From the NCBI GenBank assembly GCA_963704725.1, contig OY969934.1, positions 64,001-128,000 on the forward strand: 64,000 nt of DNA, in the 5' to 3' direction. Within the stretch, counting starts at the first letter, position 1. Every line of letters starts with the position of its first letter. Positions 39,208 through 49,365 of the stretch are shown here, in pieces. Both the position numbers and the translations under genes were made by a program. A model generated the notes under the pieces. The model was not told the origin of the DNA, made no database searches, and worked only from the letters and a program-made list of their open reading frames with translations. Origin of the DNA: an uncultured Actinomycetes bacterium. GTDB lineage: Bacteria > Actinomycetota > UBA4738 > HRBIN12.

Positions 39208-40358
39208 GCCCGGCGCCGTTGTCGCTCGACGTCGCGGTCCGTGCAGGGGCGTTCGAGGTCCGGGCGACGTTCGAGGCCGAGGCGGGCTCCACCGTCGGGC
39301 TGCTCGGGCCGAACGGCTCCGGCAAGTCGACGCTCGTGGCGGCGATCGCGGGTCTGCGGCCGCCGGTCTCCGGCCGGATCGCGCTCGGAGCGAACGTGCT
39401 CGACGACGCCGTCGCGAACGTCCACGTCCCGCCGGAGCGGCGACCGGTGGGCGTCGTGTTCCAGGACCTGCTGCTGTTCCCGCATCTGTCGGCGCTCGAG
39501 AACGTGGCTTTCCCCCTGCGGGCGACGGGGACGCCGAGGGCCTCGGCGCGCGACCGGGCGGGGGGGTTGCTCGAGCGCCTGGGGATGGCGGGGCGCGCGA
39601 ACGCCCGGCCTCGCGACCTCTCCGGGGGCGAGGCCCAGCGCGTGGCGCTCGCCCGTGCGCTGGTCGCCGAACCGGCGCTGCTACTGCTCGACGAGCCCCT
39701 ATCGGCGCTCGACGTCGGGGCGCGCGCCCGCGTCCGTGAGCTGGTCCGAGACGTGCTGGCCGGCTTCGACGGCGTGCGGATCCTCGTCACCCACGACCCC
39801 GTCGAGGCCTCGACGCTGGCGGATCGGCTCGTGCTCCTCGAGGAGGGCCACATCACGCAGATCGGGACGCCCGAGGAGATCCGATCCGCGCCCCGCTCCC
39901 GCTACGCGGCCGACCTCGTCGGCGTGAACGCCTTCCATGGGCGCCTCGAGCCCCTCGGCGAGGGGCTGGGGCGGATCGAGACCGGCGACGGCGAGGTCCT
40001 GGTCCCCTGGCCCACCGGCAGCCCGGGCCGGCAGGTCGTCGCGCTCCTGCGGCCCGCCGACGTGACCCTCTCGCCACGGCCGCCGGGCGGCTCCGCCCGC
40101 AACGTGTTCGAGGGGCGCATCGGCTCGGTGGCCGTGGAGGGCGAACGGGCCCGCGTCCGGATCGCGTCGTCACCCCCGCTCGTGGCCGATGTGACCCTTG
40201 GTTCGCTCGAGCGGCTCGAGCTCCGGGAGGGGATCCCGGTCTGGGCGTCGTTCAAGGCGGTCGAGGTGCAGGTCCTCGGCGATCCCGAGCCCGGCGGGCC
40301 CGGCGAGGCCCCCGGACCCCAGAGCGCGTTCGCCTCGCATCCGGAGGCCAGGCCGTAA
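39204..40358 (+). CDS. modC: molybdate ABC transporter ATPase with TOBE
   Basis: GPNGSGKST, VFQD.LLFPHL, LSGGEAQRVALARAL, SARNVF. Confidence 0.92.
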   Translation: MSPAPLSLDVAVRAGAFEVRATFEAEAGSTVGLLGPNGSGKSTLVAAIAGLRPPVSGRIALGANVLDDAVANVHVPPERRPVGVVFQDLLLFPHLSALENVAFPLRATGTPRASARDRAGGLLERLGMAGRANARPRDLSGGEAQRVALARALVAEPALLLLDEPLSALDVGARARVRELVRDVLAGFDGVRILVTHDPVEASTLADRLVLLEEGHITQIGTPEEIRSAPRSRYAADLVGVNAFHGRLEPLGEGLGRIETGDGEVLVPWPTGSPGRQVVALLRPADVTLSPRPPGGSARNVFEGRIGSVAVEGERARVRIASSPPLVADVTLGSLERLELREGIPVWASFKAVEVQVLGDPEPGGPGEAPGPQSAFASHPEARP

Positions 40359-40370
40359 GCTGAGGGACCT

Positions 40371-41096
40371 ATGGCCGACACCGAGGCGCGCGGCCTCAGC
40401 ACGCCCGAAGACGCGGACGTCTCGGACCTTCCCCCGGCCGAGGCGTCGCCGGCGCCGGAGGGAGGGCCCCCGCAGGGCAAGACCGCCGGCACGCCGAGCC
40501 GCTCGAGCCGGTTCGTCGGGTCCACGCCGTTCCTGATCCTCGTGGCGATCGTGGTCGCGATCGTCGTGAAGACGTTCCTGGTCCAGGCGTTCTACATCCC
40601 CTCGGCCTCGATGGAGCCGACGCTCGACATCGGGGACCGGGTCTTCGTGAACAAGGTCGCCTACCACCTCGGCGACGTCGAGCGGGGCGACGTCATCGTC
40701 TTCTCCAACCCCAACCCGGCGGCGGCACCCGACCGGGGCGTCGTCGGCGGGTTCCTCCACTGGCTCGGCGAGGGGATCGGGTTCGCCCAGCCCGAGGACG
40801 AGGACTTCATCAAGCGCGTCGTGGGCCTGCCCGGCGAGACGATCGACATCCGGAACAACGTCGTGCTCGTGGACGGGCAGCCGATCGACGAGTCCTACCT
40901 TCCCGCCGGCGCGGCTCAGTTCAACGGCACGGGGATGCACTTCGAGGTGCCGCAGGACAGCTACTTCGTGATGGGCGACAACCGCGGCAACTCCGCCGAC
41001 AGCCGGTACGGGCTCGGGTTCGTGCCGCGAGACAAGGTCATCGGCAAGGCCTTCGTCGTGATCTGGCCGCCCTCGCACCTCGGCGGCCTCGGCTAG
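40371..41096 (+). CDS. lepB: signal peptidase I
   Basis: IPSASMEPTL, FIKRVVGLPG, MGDNR.NS.DSR. Confidence 0.95.
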   Translation: MADTEARGLSTPEDADVSDLPPAEASPAPEGGPPQGKTAGTPSRSSRFVGSTPFLILVAIVVAIVVKTFLVQAFYIPSASMEPTLDIGDRVFVNKVAYHLGDVERGDVIVFSNPNPAAAPDRGVVGGFLHWLGEGIGFAQPEDEDFIKRVVGLPGETIDIRNNVVLVDGQPIDESYLPAGAAQFNGTGMHFEVPQDSYFVMGDNRGNSADSRYGLGFVPRDKVIGKAFVVIWPPSHLGGLG

Positions 41097-41102
41097 CGGT
41101 CC

Positions 41103-43451
41103 TCAGCCCGGCGCTGCCGGCGCGCCCGGGCCGATCGGCCGCTCGGGCGGCAGGAACAGCCGCGCCAGCGACCACACGAGCGCCGCGATCCCGAACGCCG
41201 CCAGCCCCACGATCAGCGGGGGTGCGTCGAGCGCGAAGAACTTCCTGCTGGCGGGGACCACCAGCGTGAGCGCGAACAACGCCGGCATCGCCCACACCAG
41301 CGCGAGCCTCGCCCGCGTCAGGGGCGCCGCGATCACGGTCAGCACCAGGAACCCGATCCACAGCAGCACCATCGTGGCCGTGGTCTGCGCCTCGGGCAGG
41401 CTCACGCTCGGGTCGTCGCGGGCGAGCACGTAGCCGAGGAACGTCGCGACCGCCGCCAGCGTCCCGGCCGGGACCGTGAACCGGAGCACGCGGCGCAGGA
41501 ATCCCCGGCGCGCCCGCTCGTGATTCGGCGCCAGCGCCAGGAAGAACGACGGGATGCCGATCGTGAGCGCCCCGATCAGCGTGAGGTGCCGGGGCAGGAA
41601 GGGGAACGGCAGCCCGACCACGCCCACCCCGAGCGCGATGAGCATCGCGTACACGGTCTTCGTCACGTACAGGTTCGAGGTCCGCTCGATGTTGCCGAGC
41701 ACCCGGCGCCCCTCGCCCACCACCGAGGGCAGCGCGTCGAACGACGAGTCCAGGAGCACGAGCTGGGCGACCGCCCTCGTCGCCGAGCTGCCCGACCCCA
41801 TGGCGATCCCGATGTCCGAGTCCTTGAGCGCGAGCACGTCGTTCACGCCGTCGCCGGTCATCGCGACCACGTGGCCGCGGGACTGCAGGGCGCCCACCAT
41901 GGCCCGCTTCTGCTGCGGCGTAACCCGGCCGAAGATCGAGCTCGCCTCGAGGACCTCAGCAAGCGCGCGCGGATCGGTCGGCAGGGTCTTGGCATCCACG
42001 GGCGCGCCGGCGCCGGCCAGGCCGACGCGGCGGGCCACGGCGGCGACGGTCTCGGGGTGGTCACCACTGATCACCTTGACCTCGACCGACTGCCGCGCGA
42101 AGTACGCGAGGGTGTCCGACGCGGTCTCGCGGACGCGATCTCCGAGGATCACGAACGCCACCGGGACGACGCTCCCGGGGACCCGGTCCCCGGACAGGTC
42201 GGCGTCGGTCCTGGCCAGGAGCACGACGCGCCGACCCGACCCGGCGTGCTCGAGCGCCCGGCGCAGCTCGGCGTCGGCGGCGACCGCCGCGAGCAGCACG
42301 TCCGGCGCCCCGAGCACCCACGTCCCTCTCGCGCCGAACGTCGCCCCGCTCCACTTCCGCGCGGACGAGAACGGCACCACGTCGCCCGCGAGCCACCCCT
42401 CGGCGGCGTCCGGGAACGCCTCGCCGATCGCCAGCAGCGTCGCGTTCGGGTTGGGGTCGGCGGCCGCCAGCGCGGCGAGGGCGTCCCGGTGGGTCCCGTC
42501 CTCGCGCAGGATCTCGACCTCCTCCACGACGAGCCGGCCCTCGGTGAGGGTGCCGGTCTTGTCGATGCACAGCACGTCCACCCGGGCCAGGACCTCGACG
42601 GCCGGGAGCTCCTGGACGAGGACCCGCTGCCGAGCCAGCCGAACGACGCCGACGGCGAACGCGACGCTCGTGAGCAGGACGAGCCCCTCCGGCACCATGG
42701 CCACCGTGCCCGCGACGGAGCCGCGGAGGGCGTCCCGCACGCTCGCGCTCGCACGGAGCTGGCTGATCACGAGCAGGATCGCCGTCGGGACCAGCGCCCA
42801 GGTGACGATGCGCAGGATCCGGTCGATGCCGCCTCGGAGCTCGGACCGCGTCAGCGTGAACCGCCTGGCCTGCTCGGCGAGGCCGGCCGCGTAGGCCTGC
42901 GCCCCGACGCGCGTGGCGCGGAATCGACCGTCGCCGGCGGCGACGAACGACCCGGAGAGAACCTCGTCGCCGGTTCGCTTCGCGACCGGCTCCGACTCGC
43001 CGGTGAGCAACGACTCGTCGACCTCGAGGCCCCTCGCGTCGAGCACCTCACCGTCCACCACGACCTGATCGCCCGGCCGCAGCTCGAGCACGTCGCCCAG
43101 GACCACGTCGGTCACGGGGGCCTCGCCCACGGCGCCCGCCCGCACGATCCTCGCGTGCGGCGAGGTCAGCACGGCCAGCCGGTCCAGGGTCCCCTTCGCC
43201 CGGACCTCCTGGAAGATTCCGACGCTCGCGTTGGCGATCAGGACGAAGCCGAACAGCGCGTCCTGGATCGGCCCGACGATCAGGATCACGACCAGCAGCG
43301 AGCCGAGCAGCGCGTTGAACCGCGTGAAGACGTTGGCCCGCACGATCTCGGCGACCGTGCGGGAGGCGGTCGCCGGGACGTCGTTGACCTCCCCGCGCGC
43401 CCGGCGCTCGGCCACCTCGGCGAGCGTGAGGCCGTCGATGGGGGAGGACAT
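41103..43451 (-). CDS. cation-transporting P-type ATPase (CtpE-like)
   Basis: DESLLTGES, PEGL, DKTGTLT, GDGVND. Confidence 0.93.
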   Translation of the reverse strand: MSSPIDGLTLAEVAERRARGEVNDVPATASRTVAEIVRANVFTRFNALLGSLLVVILIVGPIQDALFGFVLIANASVGIFQEVRAKGTLDRLAVLTSPHARIVRAGAVGEAPVTDVVLGDVLELRPGDQVVVDGEVLDARGLEVDESLLTGESEPVAKRTGDEVLSGSFVAAGDGRFRATRVGAQAYAAGLAEQARRFTLTRSELRGGIDRILRIVTWALVPTAILLVISQLRASASVRDALRGSVAGTVAMVPEGLVLLTSVAFAVGVVRLARQRVLVQELPAVEVLARVDVLCIDKTGTLTEGRLVVEEVEILREDGTHRDALAALAAADPNPNATLLAIGEAFPDAAEGWLAGDVVPFSSARKWSGATFGARGTWVLGAPDVLLAAVAADAELRRALEHAGSGRRVVLLARTDADLSGDRVPGSVVPVAFVILGDRVRETASDTLAYFARQSVEVKVISGDHPETVAAVARRVGLAGAGAPVDAKTLPTDPRALAEVLEASSIFGRVTPQQKRAMVGALQSRGHVVAMTGDGVNDVLALKDSDIGIAMGSGSSATRAVAQLVLLDSSFDALPSVVGEGRRVLGNIERTSNLYVTKTVYAMLIALGVGVVGLPFPFLPRHLTLIGALTIGIPSFFLALAPNHERARRGFLRRVLRFTVPAGTLAAVATFLGYVLARDDPSVSLPEAQTTATMVLLWIGFLVLTVIAAPLTRARLALVWAMPALFALTLVVPASRKFFALDAPPLIVGLAAFGIAALVWSLARLFLPPERPIGPGAPAAPG

Positions 43452-43483
43452 GGCGTTCAGAGCCTAGCCCCGGCCGGGAGCGC

Positions 43484-44125
43484 TCAGGACTCGGAGCGCG
43501 AGCCCGACAGGGCCGCGACGGCCCCGAGCGACAGGTAGATGCCGCCGCTCACGTAGCGCTGCACCCGGCGGAACCGCGCGCTCGAGCGCAACCAGCCCCC
43601 CGCCCGCGCCGCGATGAGCGCGTACGTCCCGTCGGAGCACAGCCCGAGGGCGATGAACGTCAGGCCGAGCACGATCATCTGCAGCCAGACTGCGCCGCGG
43701 CCCGTGTCCACGAACTGCGGCAGGAACGCCAGGAAGAACAGCGCCGTCTTGGGGTTCAGCACGTTGACGACGACGCCCTGGCCGAAGATGCGCCGCAGGC
43801 TGCGGGGGGACGCCTCGGCGGCCTCCGGCTCGCGCTCTTCCCTGCCCAGGATCTTGCGGAGGCCGAGCGCGATCAGATAGGCGGCGCCGGCGTACTTCAC
43901 CACGCTGAACGCGACCGCGGACGACGCGAGGATCGCGGAGAGGCCGAGCGCGGCCCCGGCGACGTGGACGAGCGAGCCCACGTGGATCCCCGCCACCGAC
44001 ACGAACCCCGCGGTCCGCCCCTGGTCGATCGAGCGCGTCACGATGTACAGGACGGCGGGACCGGGCACCACGAGGAGCGCGAGCGCGACCGGGGCGAACA
44101 CGAGCAGCGTGTGAACGTCCGGCAT
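43484..44125 (-). CDS. LysE/RhtB family exporter
   Basis: PGPAVLY, KYAGAAYL, NVLNPKTALFFLAFLPQF. Confidence 0.93.
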   Translation of the reverse strand: MPDVHTLLVFAPVALALLVVPGPAVLYIVTRSIDQGRTAGFVSVAGIHVGSLVHVAGAALGLSAILASSAVAFSVVKYAGAAYLIALGLRKILGREEREPEAAEASPRSLRRIFGQGVVVNVLNPKTALFFLAFLPQFVDTGRGAVWLQMIVLGLTFIALGLCSDGTYALIAARAGGWLRSSARFRRVQRYVSGGIYLSLGAVAALSGSRSES

Positions 44126-44153
44126 CGGCGCAGGCTAGCCGAAGCGCCGGGGC

Positions 44154-45548
44154 TCAGCCACCCCGCTGCTCGGCGGCCCACCACTCGTCGAGCAGACGGT
44201 AGGCCTCCTCGTCGTCGAGGGGACCGCGATCGAGCCGGAGCTCCATCAGGTGCTCGCGCGCCCTCCCCACGGCCGGGCCCGGTGCAAGTCCGAGGTGCTC
44301 CATGATCTGGTTGCCGTCGAGCGGCGGGCGCATCTGCTCGACGTTCTCCTCCTCGGCCAGCCGGGCGATCCGCTCCTCGAGGTCGTCCTGCAGCGCCTCG
44401 AGCTGCTTGGCCTTGAGGGGGTTCTGCGTCGTGCAGTCGGCGCGCGTGAGCTGGTTCAGCCGGTCGAGCAGCGGGCCCGCGTCGCGGACGTAGCGCCGGA
44501 CGGCGCTGTCGCTCCACTCGCTGTAGCCGTGGAAGCGCAGGTGCATCTCGACCAGGTGCACCACGTCCTCGACGACGTGCCCCGGGTAGCGCAGGGTCTG
44601 GAGCCGCTCCCGCGCCATGCGGGCACCGACCACCTCGTGGTGGTGGAAGGACACCCCGTCCGCCCCGATCTCTCGAGTGGCGGGCTTGCCGACGTCGTGC
44701 AGGAGCGCGGCCAGGCGCAGCGTGAGGTCTCGCGGATCGCACTTCTCCACGACCGCGTACGTGTGGTGCAGCACGTCCTTGTGCCGCTGCACGGGGTCCT
44801 GCTCGAGGCGGAGGGCGGGGAGCTCGGGCAGGAACTCCTCCGCCAGAGCGGTCCGCACGACGAGCTCGAGGCCCTTCGAGGGCTTCGCACCCTGGAGCAG
44901 CTTCGAGAGCTCGTCCGAGATCCGCTCGGCCGACACGATCCGCAGGCGCTCGCGCATCCGTTCGATCGCCTCGAGCACCCTCGGCGCCGGCTCCAGCTCG
45001 AGCTGCGACGCGAACCGCGCCGCCCGGAGCATCCGCAGCGGGTCGTCGCCGAAGGAGATCTCCGGGTCGAGCGGCGTGTCGAGACGCTTGGTGGCGAGAT
45101 GCTTCACGCCGCCGAAGGGATCGACGAACTCCCCCTCGGGCAGCCGCACGGCCATCGCGTTCACGGTGAAGTCGCGGCGCGACAGATCGGTCTCCACGTC
45201 CTTGCCGAACGTGACCGCGGGCTTGCGATGCTCCTCCGCGTAGACCTCCTGGCGGAAGGTCGTGATCTCGAACGTCTGATCGCCCTTGCGCGCGCCGACG
45301 GTCCCGTACTTCACGCCGACCAGGTAGTGCCGGTCCGGCCACCCGCGGAGCACGGAAAGGGTCTCGCGGGGGAGCGCGTCCGTCGCGAAGTCGAGGTCCC
45401 CGTGCGGTCGGTGGAGCAGGAGGTCGCGGACCACGCCGCCGACCAGGTAGAGCTCGTGGCCAGCCAGGCGGAAGCGTTCGCCGAGCTCCTTGGCGACGGG
45501 GGGGACCTCGAGCAGCGCGCCGTCGTCGCGGCGCGAGCGAGCGGCCAT
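44154..45548 (-). CDS. cca: CCA tRNA nucleotidyltransferase with HD domain
   Basis: VGGVVRD, DLDF, RRDFTVNAMA, DDPLRMLRAARF, SAERI, LLHDVGK. Confidence 0.95.
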   Translation of the reverse strand: MAARSRRDDGALLEVPPVAKELGERFRLAGHELYLVGGVVRDLLLHRPHGDLDFATDALPRETLSVLRGWPDRHYLVGVKYGTVGARKGDQTFEITTFRQEVYAEEHRKPAVTFGKDVETDLSRRDFTVNAMAVRLPEGEFVDPFGGVKHLATKRLDTPLDPEISFGDDPLRMLRAARFASQLELEPAPRVLEAIERMRERLRIVSAERISDELSKLLQGAKPSKGLELVVRTALAEEFLPELPALRLEQDPVQRHKDVLHHTYAVVEKCDPRDLTLRLAALLHDVGKPATREIGADGVSFHHHEVVGARMARERLQTLRYPGHVVEDVVHLVEMHLRFHGYSEWSDSAVRRYVRDAGPLLDRLNQLTRADCTTQNPLKAKQLEALQDDLEERIARLAEEENVEQMRPPLDGNQIMEHLGLAPGPAVGRAREHLMELRLDRGPLDDEEAYRLLDEWWAAEQRGG

Positions 45549-45600
45549 GACCGGGTCAGGATACCCCGGGCCCTCGGGCCGACTGCGCTACCGTCCGCGC

Positions 45601-45969
45601 GTGAGCGCGCTCAAGCTGGTCGGTTTCGCCTGGACGTTGCCGAACACGCTGCTCGGCCTGGTCCTCGGCGCGCTCACGTTCCAGCGGCCGAGGCTCCACG
45701 GGGGCGCCATCGTCTTCGACCGCGGACCCCGCGGGGTGACGGCCCTCCTGAAGGCGATGCACCGCACCGCGATGACCGTGGGGTTCGTGATCCTCGGCGC
45801 GGTCCCGGTCGAGGGACGACTGCTGGTGCACGAGCGGCACCACATCCGTCAGTTCATGGCGCTGGGACCGCTGTTCATCCCGGTCTACTTCGGGCTGGCG
45901 ATCCCCTTCGGCTATCGCCGGCACCCCATGGAGCGTGCCGCTCGCCGTGCCGCGGACGAAGACGACTGA
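45601..45969 (+). CDS. small membrane protein with HExxH motif
   Basis: AWTLPNT.LG, AMTVG, VHERHHIRQ, PME; leaderless GTG after TACCGT. Confidence 0.75.
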   Translation: MSALKLVGFAWTLPNTLLGLVLGALTFQRPRLHGGAIVFDRGPRGVTALLKAMHRTAMTVGFVILGAVPVEGRLLVHERHHIRQFMALGPLFIPVYFGLAIPFGYRRHPMERAARRAADEDD

Positions 45970-45983
45970 GTACCCTCGTTGAC

Positions 45984-46262
45984 ATGAGCCACTACGTGAT
46001 GACCTACGAGCTGGTCGACGACTACCTGGACCGTCGCCCCGAGTTCCGCGACGACCATCTCGGTCTGGCCCGCGCGGCGCACGAGCGAGGCGACCTCGTG
46101 CTCGCCGGGGCGCTCGCGGACCCCGTCGACCGGGCCGTCCTCGTCTTCACGTCCGCCGAGGCCGCCGAGGCCTTCGCCGAGCGCGACCCGTACGTGCGGA
46201 ACGGCCTCGTCACGCGGCGGGAGATCCGAGCGTGGACCGTCGTGGTGGGCGGAGAGTCGTAG
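45984..46262 (+). CDS. YciI-like protein
   Basis: RRPEFRDDHL, LAGAL, FAERDPYVRNGLV, W.VVVG. Confidence 0.9.
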   Translation: MSHYVMTYELVDDYLDRRPEFRDDHLGLARAAHERGDLVLAGALADPVDRAVLVFTSAEAAEAFAERDPYVRNGLVTRREIRAWTVVVGGES

Positions 46263-46297
46263 CGAGCTCTTCCGGGAGCGAGCGTCGGGCTCGAGCC

Positions 46298-47389
46298 CTA
46301 CGGCACGCCGGCGGGCATGGTCCGCACGGTGCTCCCGTGGAGCGCCAGGACGAAGTCGTGCGGGTTCGTCGAGGCTCGACGAGCGTCCTCCTCGGTCACC
46401 AGGCCCTCGTTCACGAGCTTGACCAGGGCCTGGTCGAAGGTCTGCATGCCGTAGTACGAACCCTCGGCGATCACGTCCTTGATCTCGACGGTTGCCGACG
46501 GGTCGACGATGCGGTCGTACACGCGGCCCGTCGCGATCAGGACCTCGACGGCCGGCACCCGCCCCTTGCCGTCGGCCCGCGACAGGAGCCGCTGCGACAC
46601 GATCCCCTTGAGCGCTCCGGCGAAGGACGAGCGGACCTCCCGCTGCTGCGATGGCGGGAAGAGGTCGAGCAGCCGGTTGATCGTCTCGGTCGCGTCGATC
46701 GTGTGCAGGGTCGAGATGACCAGGTGCCCGGTCTCGGCCGCCTGGATCGCGGACAGCGCGGACTCCGGGTCCCGGATCTCGCCGACGAAGATGACGTCGG
46801 GGTCCTGACGGATCACGTGCTTGAGGGCGGCCGCGTACGAGTCGGTGTCGAGCCCGATCTCGCGCTGCTGGATGATCGAGCGGTCGTCGTCGTGCACGAC
46901 CTCGATGGGGTCCTCGACGGTGACGATGTGTGCCCGGCGCGTCCGGTTGATGTGACCGATCATCGCGGCGATCGACGTCGTCTTCCCGGTCCCCGTCGGC
47001 CCGGTGAGCAGCACCAGCCCCCGCGGCGACTCCGCCAGCTCGGCGACCACCGGCGGGAGCATGAGCTCCTCGATCGTCGGGACGTCCGAGCGCACGCGGC
47101 GGACCGCGAGCCCGACCATCCCCCGCTGGCGGAACACGTTGACCCGGAACCGGCCCACGCCCGGCATCGTGTAGCCGAAGTCGGCCTCGCTGGAGGTCTC
47201 GAACTCCTTGCGCTTGTGCTCGGGCATGATCGCGATCGCGGCGCCCGCGGTGTCGTTCGAGGACATCGCCGGGAACGGCGTCGGCTCGAGCTCGCCGTCC
47301 ACCCGGATGAAGGGAACGTTCCCGGCCTTGATGTGGAGGTCGCTTCCTCCCATCTCGACCGTGTAGCGGAGCAGGTCGGTGACGTCCAC
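46298..47389 (-). CDS. pilT: PilT/PilU family type IV pilus retraction ATPase
   Basis: SDLHI, RFRVN, GPTGTGKT, VEDPIE, DPDVIFVGEIRD, GHLVISTLH, GMQTFDQ. Confidence 0.88.
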   Translation of the reverse strand: MDVTDLLRYTVEMGGSDLHIKAGNVPFIRVDGELEPTPFPAMSSNDTAGAAIAIMPEHKRKEFETSSEADFGYTMPGVGRFRVNVFRQRGMVGLAVRRVRSDVPTIEELMLPPVVAELAESPRGLVLLTGPTGTGKTTSIAAMIGHINRTRRAHIVTVEDPIEVVHDDDRSIIQQREIGLDTDSYAAALKHVIRQDPDVIFVGEIRDPESALSAIQAAETGHLVISTLHTIDATETINRLLDLFPPSQQREVRSSFAGALKGIVSQRLLSRADGKGRVPAVEVLIATGRVYDRIVDPSATVEIKDVIAEGSYYGMQTFDQALVKLVNEGLVTEEDARRASTNPHDFVLALHGSTVRTMPAGVP

Positions 47390-47391
47390 CC

Positions 47392-48102
47392 CTAGTCCCT
47401 CTCTCCTTCGGGCGCCAGCCCGGGCTCCAACCCCGGGTCGAGCTCCCGCTCGCGCTCCAGCCCGGCCTCGATCGTGACGAGGTCCACTCTCCTTCTTCGG
47501 CGCGCCGCGAGGAACTTTGAGACCCCGATCGAGAAAAGCAGGACCCCCAGCAGGGCCAGGCCGAGGGGGGTCGCGTACCGCTCCCAGCGCTGGTAGGACT
47601 TCCCGAGCACGAATCCGATCACCGAGTGCAGGGTGCCCCAGATCGCCGCCCCGGCCACGTCGTAGACGAGGAACCGCCTCCAGCGCATGTGCGCCGCCCC
47701 CGCCACGATGAACCCCACGCTGCGGACCACAGGGATGAATCGGCCGAGGAACACCGTCTTGCCCCCATGGGCGGCGTAGTAGCCCTCGGCCGCGGTCAGC
47801 CGCTCCGGCGTCACGAGGACCTTCCGCCCGTGGCGCTCGAGGAAGCCCCGCCCGAACCGCCGCCCGATCCAGAAGCCGAGGTTGTCGCCGAGGACCGCGC
47901 CCACCACCGCGACGACCGCGACCGCTGGCAGCCAGAGGTCGCCTCGCCACGCATAGAATCCGCCGACGATGACGAGGGTCTCGCCCGGCACGACGACGCC
48001 CGCACCGACCGAGTTCTCCAGGAACGTGGCGAGGCCGATGATGGCGTATCCCCACGGCGCGCCGAGGTACGGGTCGAGGAACGCGAGGATGCGGTCGAGC
48101 AC
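47392..48102 (-). CDS. DedA family protein
   Basis: FLEN...PGE, GDNLGFWIGR, GRFIPVVR. Confidence 0.92.
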   Translation of the reverse strand: MLDRILAFLDPYLGAPWGYAIIGLATFLENSVGAGVVVPGETLVIVGGFYAWRGDLWLPAVAVVAVVGAVLGDNLGFWIGRRFGRGFLERHGRKVLVTPERLTAAEGYYAAHGGKTVFLGRFIPVVRSVGFIVAGAAHMRWRRFLVYDVAGAAIWGTLHSVIGFVLGKSYQRWERYATPLGLALLGVLLFSIGVSKFLAARRRRRVDLVTIEAGLERERELDPGLEPGLAPEGERD

Positions 48103-48165
48103 TGGCGCTCAGTATAGGAAGGGGCTCTCGTGGACCCGGGACCCGAGGGACTGCCCGAGGGACTG

Positions 48166-48591
48166 ATGGAGACACGCCAGGAGGTCTCGGCCGGCGGCGT
48201 CGTGTATCGCGTCGAGGGCGGCGCCATACACGTCTGCCTCGCCGCCCGCCGGACCCGTCGCGGACAGCTCGCGTGGGGGCTTCCCAAGGGGGCGGTGGAG
48301 CTCGAGGAGACGCCGGAGGCCGCCGCGGTCCGCGAGGTCCTTGAGGAGACGGGCCTCGTCGCCGAGATCGAACACGACCTCGGGACGATCCGGTACTTCT
48401 ACGTGTGGGAGGGCGTCCGGATCCGAAAGCAGGTGCGCTTCTTCCTGATGCACGCCACCGGAGGCGACGTCGCCGACCACGACCACGAGATGGAGGAGGT
48501 TCGGTGGTTCCCGGCCGGGCGCGTCGTGAAGCGCGCGGCCTACCGTGGCGAGCGTGAGGTGCTCGCGCGAGCGGTCGGCATGCTCTCGTGA
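48166..48591 (+). CDS. NUDIX hydrolase
   Basis: SAGGVV; LPKGAVELEETPEAAAVREVLEETG Nudix box. Confidence 0.93.
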   Translation: METRQEVSAGGVVYRVEGGAIHVCLAARRTRRGQLAWGLPKGAVELEETPEAAAVREVLEETGLVAEIEHDLGTIRYFYVWEGVRIRKQVRFFLMHATGGDVADHDHEMEEVRWFPAGRVVKRAAYRGEREVLARAVGMLS

Positions 48592-49364
48592 CGCCTTGGC
48601 AGGTCCCCCTCGGCATCGCGGCGGGCTTCGTCGCCGGCGTGCTCTCGGGGTTGTTCGGCGTCGGCGGCGGCGTCGTGACGACGCCGGCGGTGAACGTCCT
48701 GCTGGGCGGGACCGCCTACCAGGCCATCGGGACGCCGCTGCCGGTGATCTTCCCTACCTCGCTCGTCGGCGCCTACACGTACTCGAAAGCGGGAGAGGTG
48801 GGGCTCCGAGCGGCGTGGTGGACGGCGATCCCCGGCGCGCCGGGGGCCTATCTGGGCGCGTCGCTGAGCGCCTACGTGAATCCCCACCTCCTGCTCATCA
48901 CCACGTCCATCCTCATGGCCTGGACGGCGGTGCGGGTGATGCGGGGACGCAGGACCCCGAGCGAGTGGCGGTTGGGGGCGACTCCCGGCTGGAAGTACGC
49001 GGTCATCGGACTCGCGGCCGGATTCATCTCAGGGATCCTCGGCGTCGGAGGAGGGATCGTGATGGTGCCGGCCTTCACGATCTTGATCGGCATGCCGATC
49101 AAGCGAGCGCTCGGCACCTCGCTCGTCGTGATCTCCGTCCTGGTCGTGCCTGCCACCCTGCGACACTGGGCGCTCGGGCACATCGACTGGGCGATCTTCC
49201 TCGTGCTCGCGATCGGCGTCGTTCCCGGGGCACGGCTCGGCTCCAAGCTCGCGCTCGGCGCCAGCGAGCGCACCTTGCGGGTGGCGGTCGGTCTCTTCCT
49301 GCTGGCGATCGCCGTCCTGTACGGGATCGACGAGCTCGTCGCTCTGGTCCAGAGCCGCGGCTAG
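48588..49364 (+). CDS. TauE/SafE (TSUP) family exporter
   Basis: SG..GVGGG twice, GT(P/S)L; GTGA overlap. Confidence 0.9.
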   Translation: MTPWQVPLGIAAGFVAGVLSGLFGVGGGVVTTPAVNVLLGGTAYQAIGTPLPVIFPTSLVGAYTYSKAGEVGLRAAWWTAIPGAPGAYLGASLSAYVNPHLLLITTSILMAWTAVRVMRGRRTPSEWRLGATPGWKYAVIGLAAGFISGILGVGGGIVMVPAFTILIGMPIKRALGTSLVVISVLVVPATLRHWALGHIDWAIFLVLAIGVVPGARLGSKLALGASERTLRVAVGLFLLAIAVLYGIDELVALVQSRG

Positions 49365-49365
49365 G

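Noticed and set aside
48141-48165. Short tandem repeat CCCGAGGGACTG x2 before nudix
   Set aside because: Only two copies overlapping the SD; not CRISPR or IS-related, and no supportable function.
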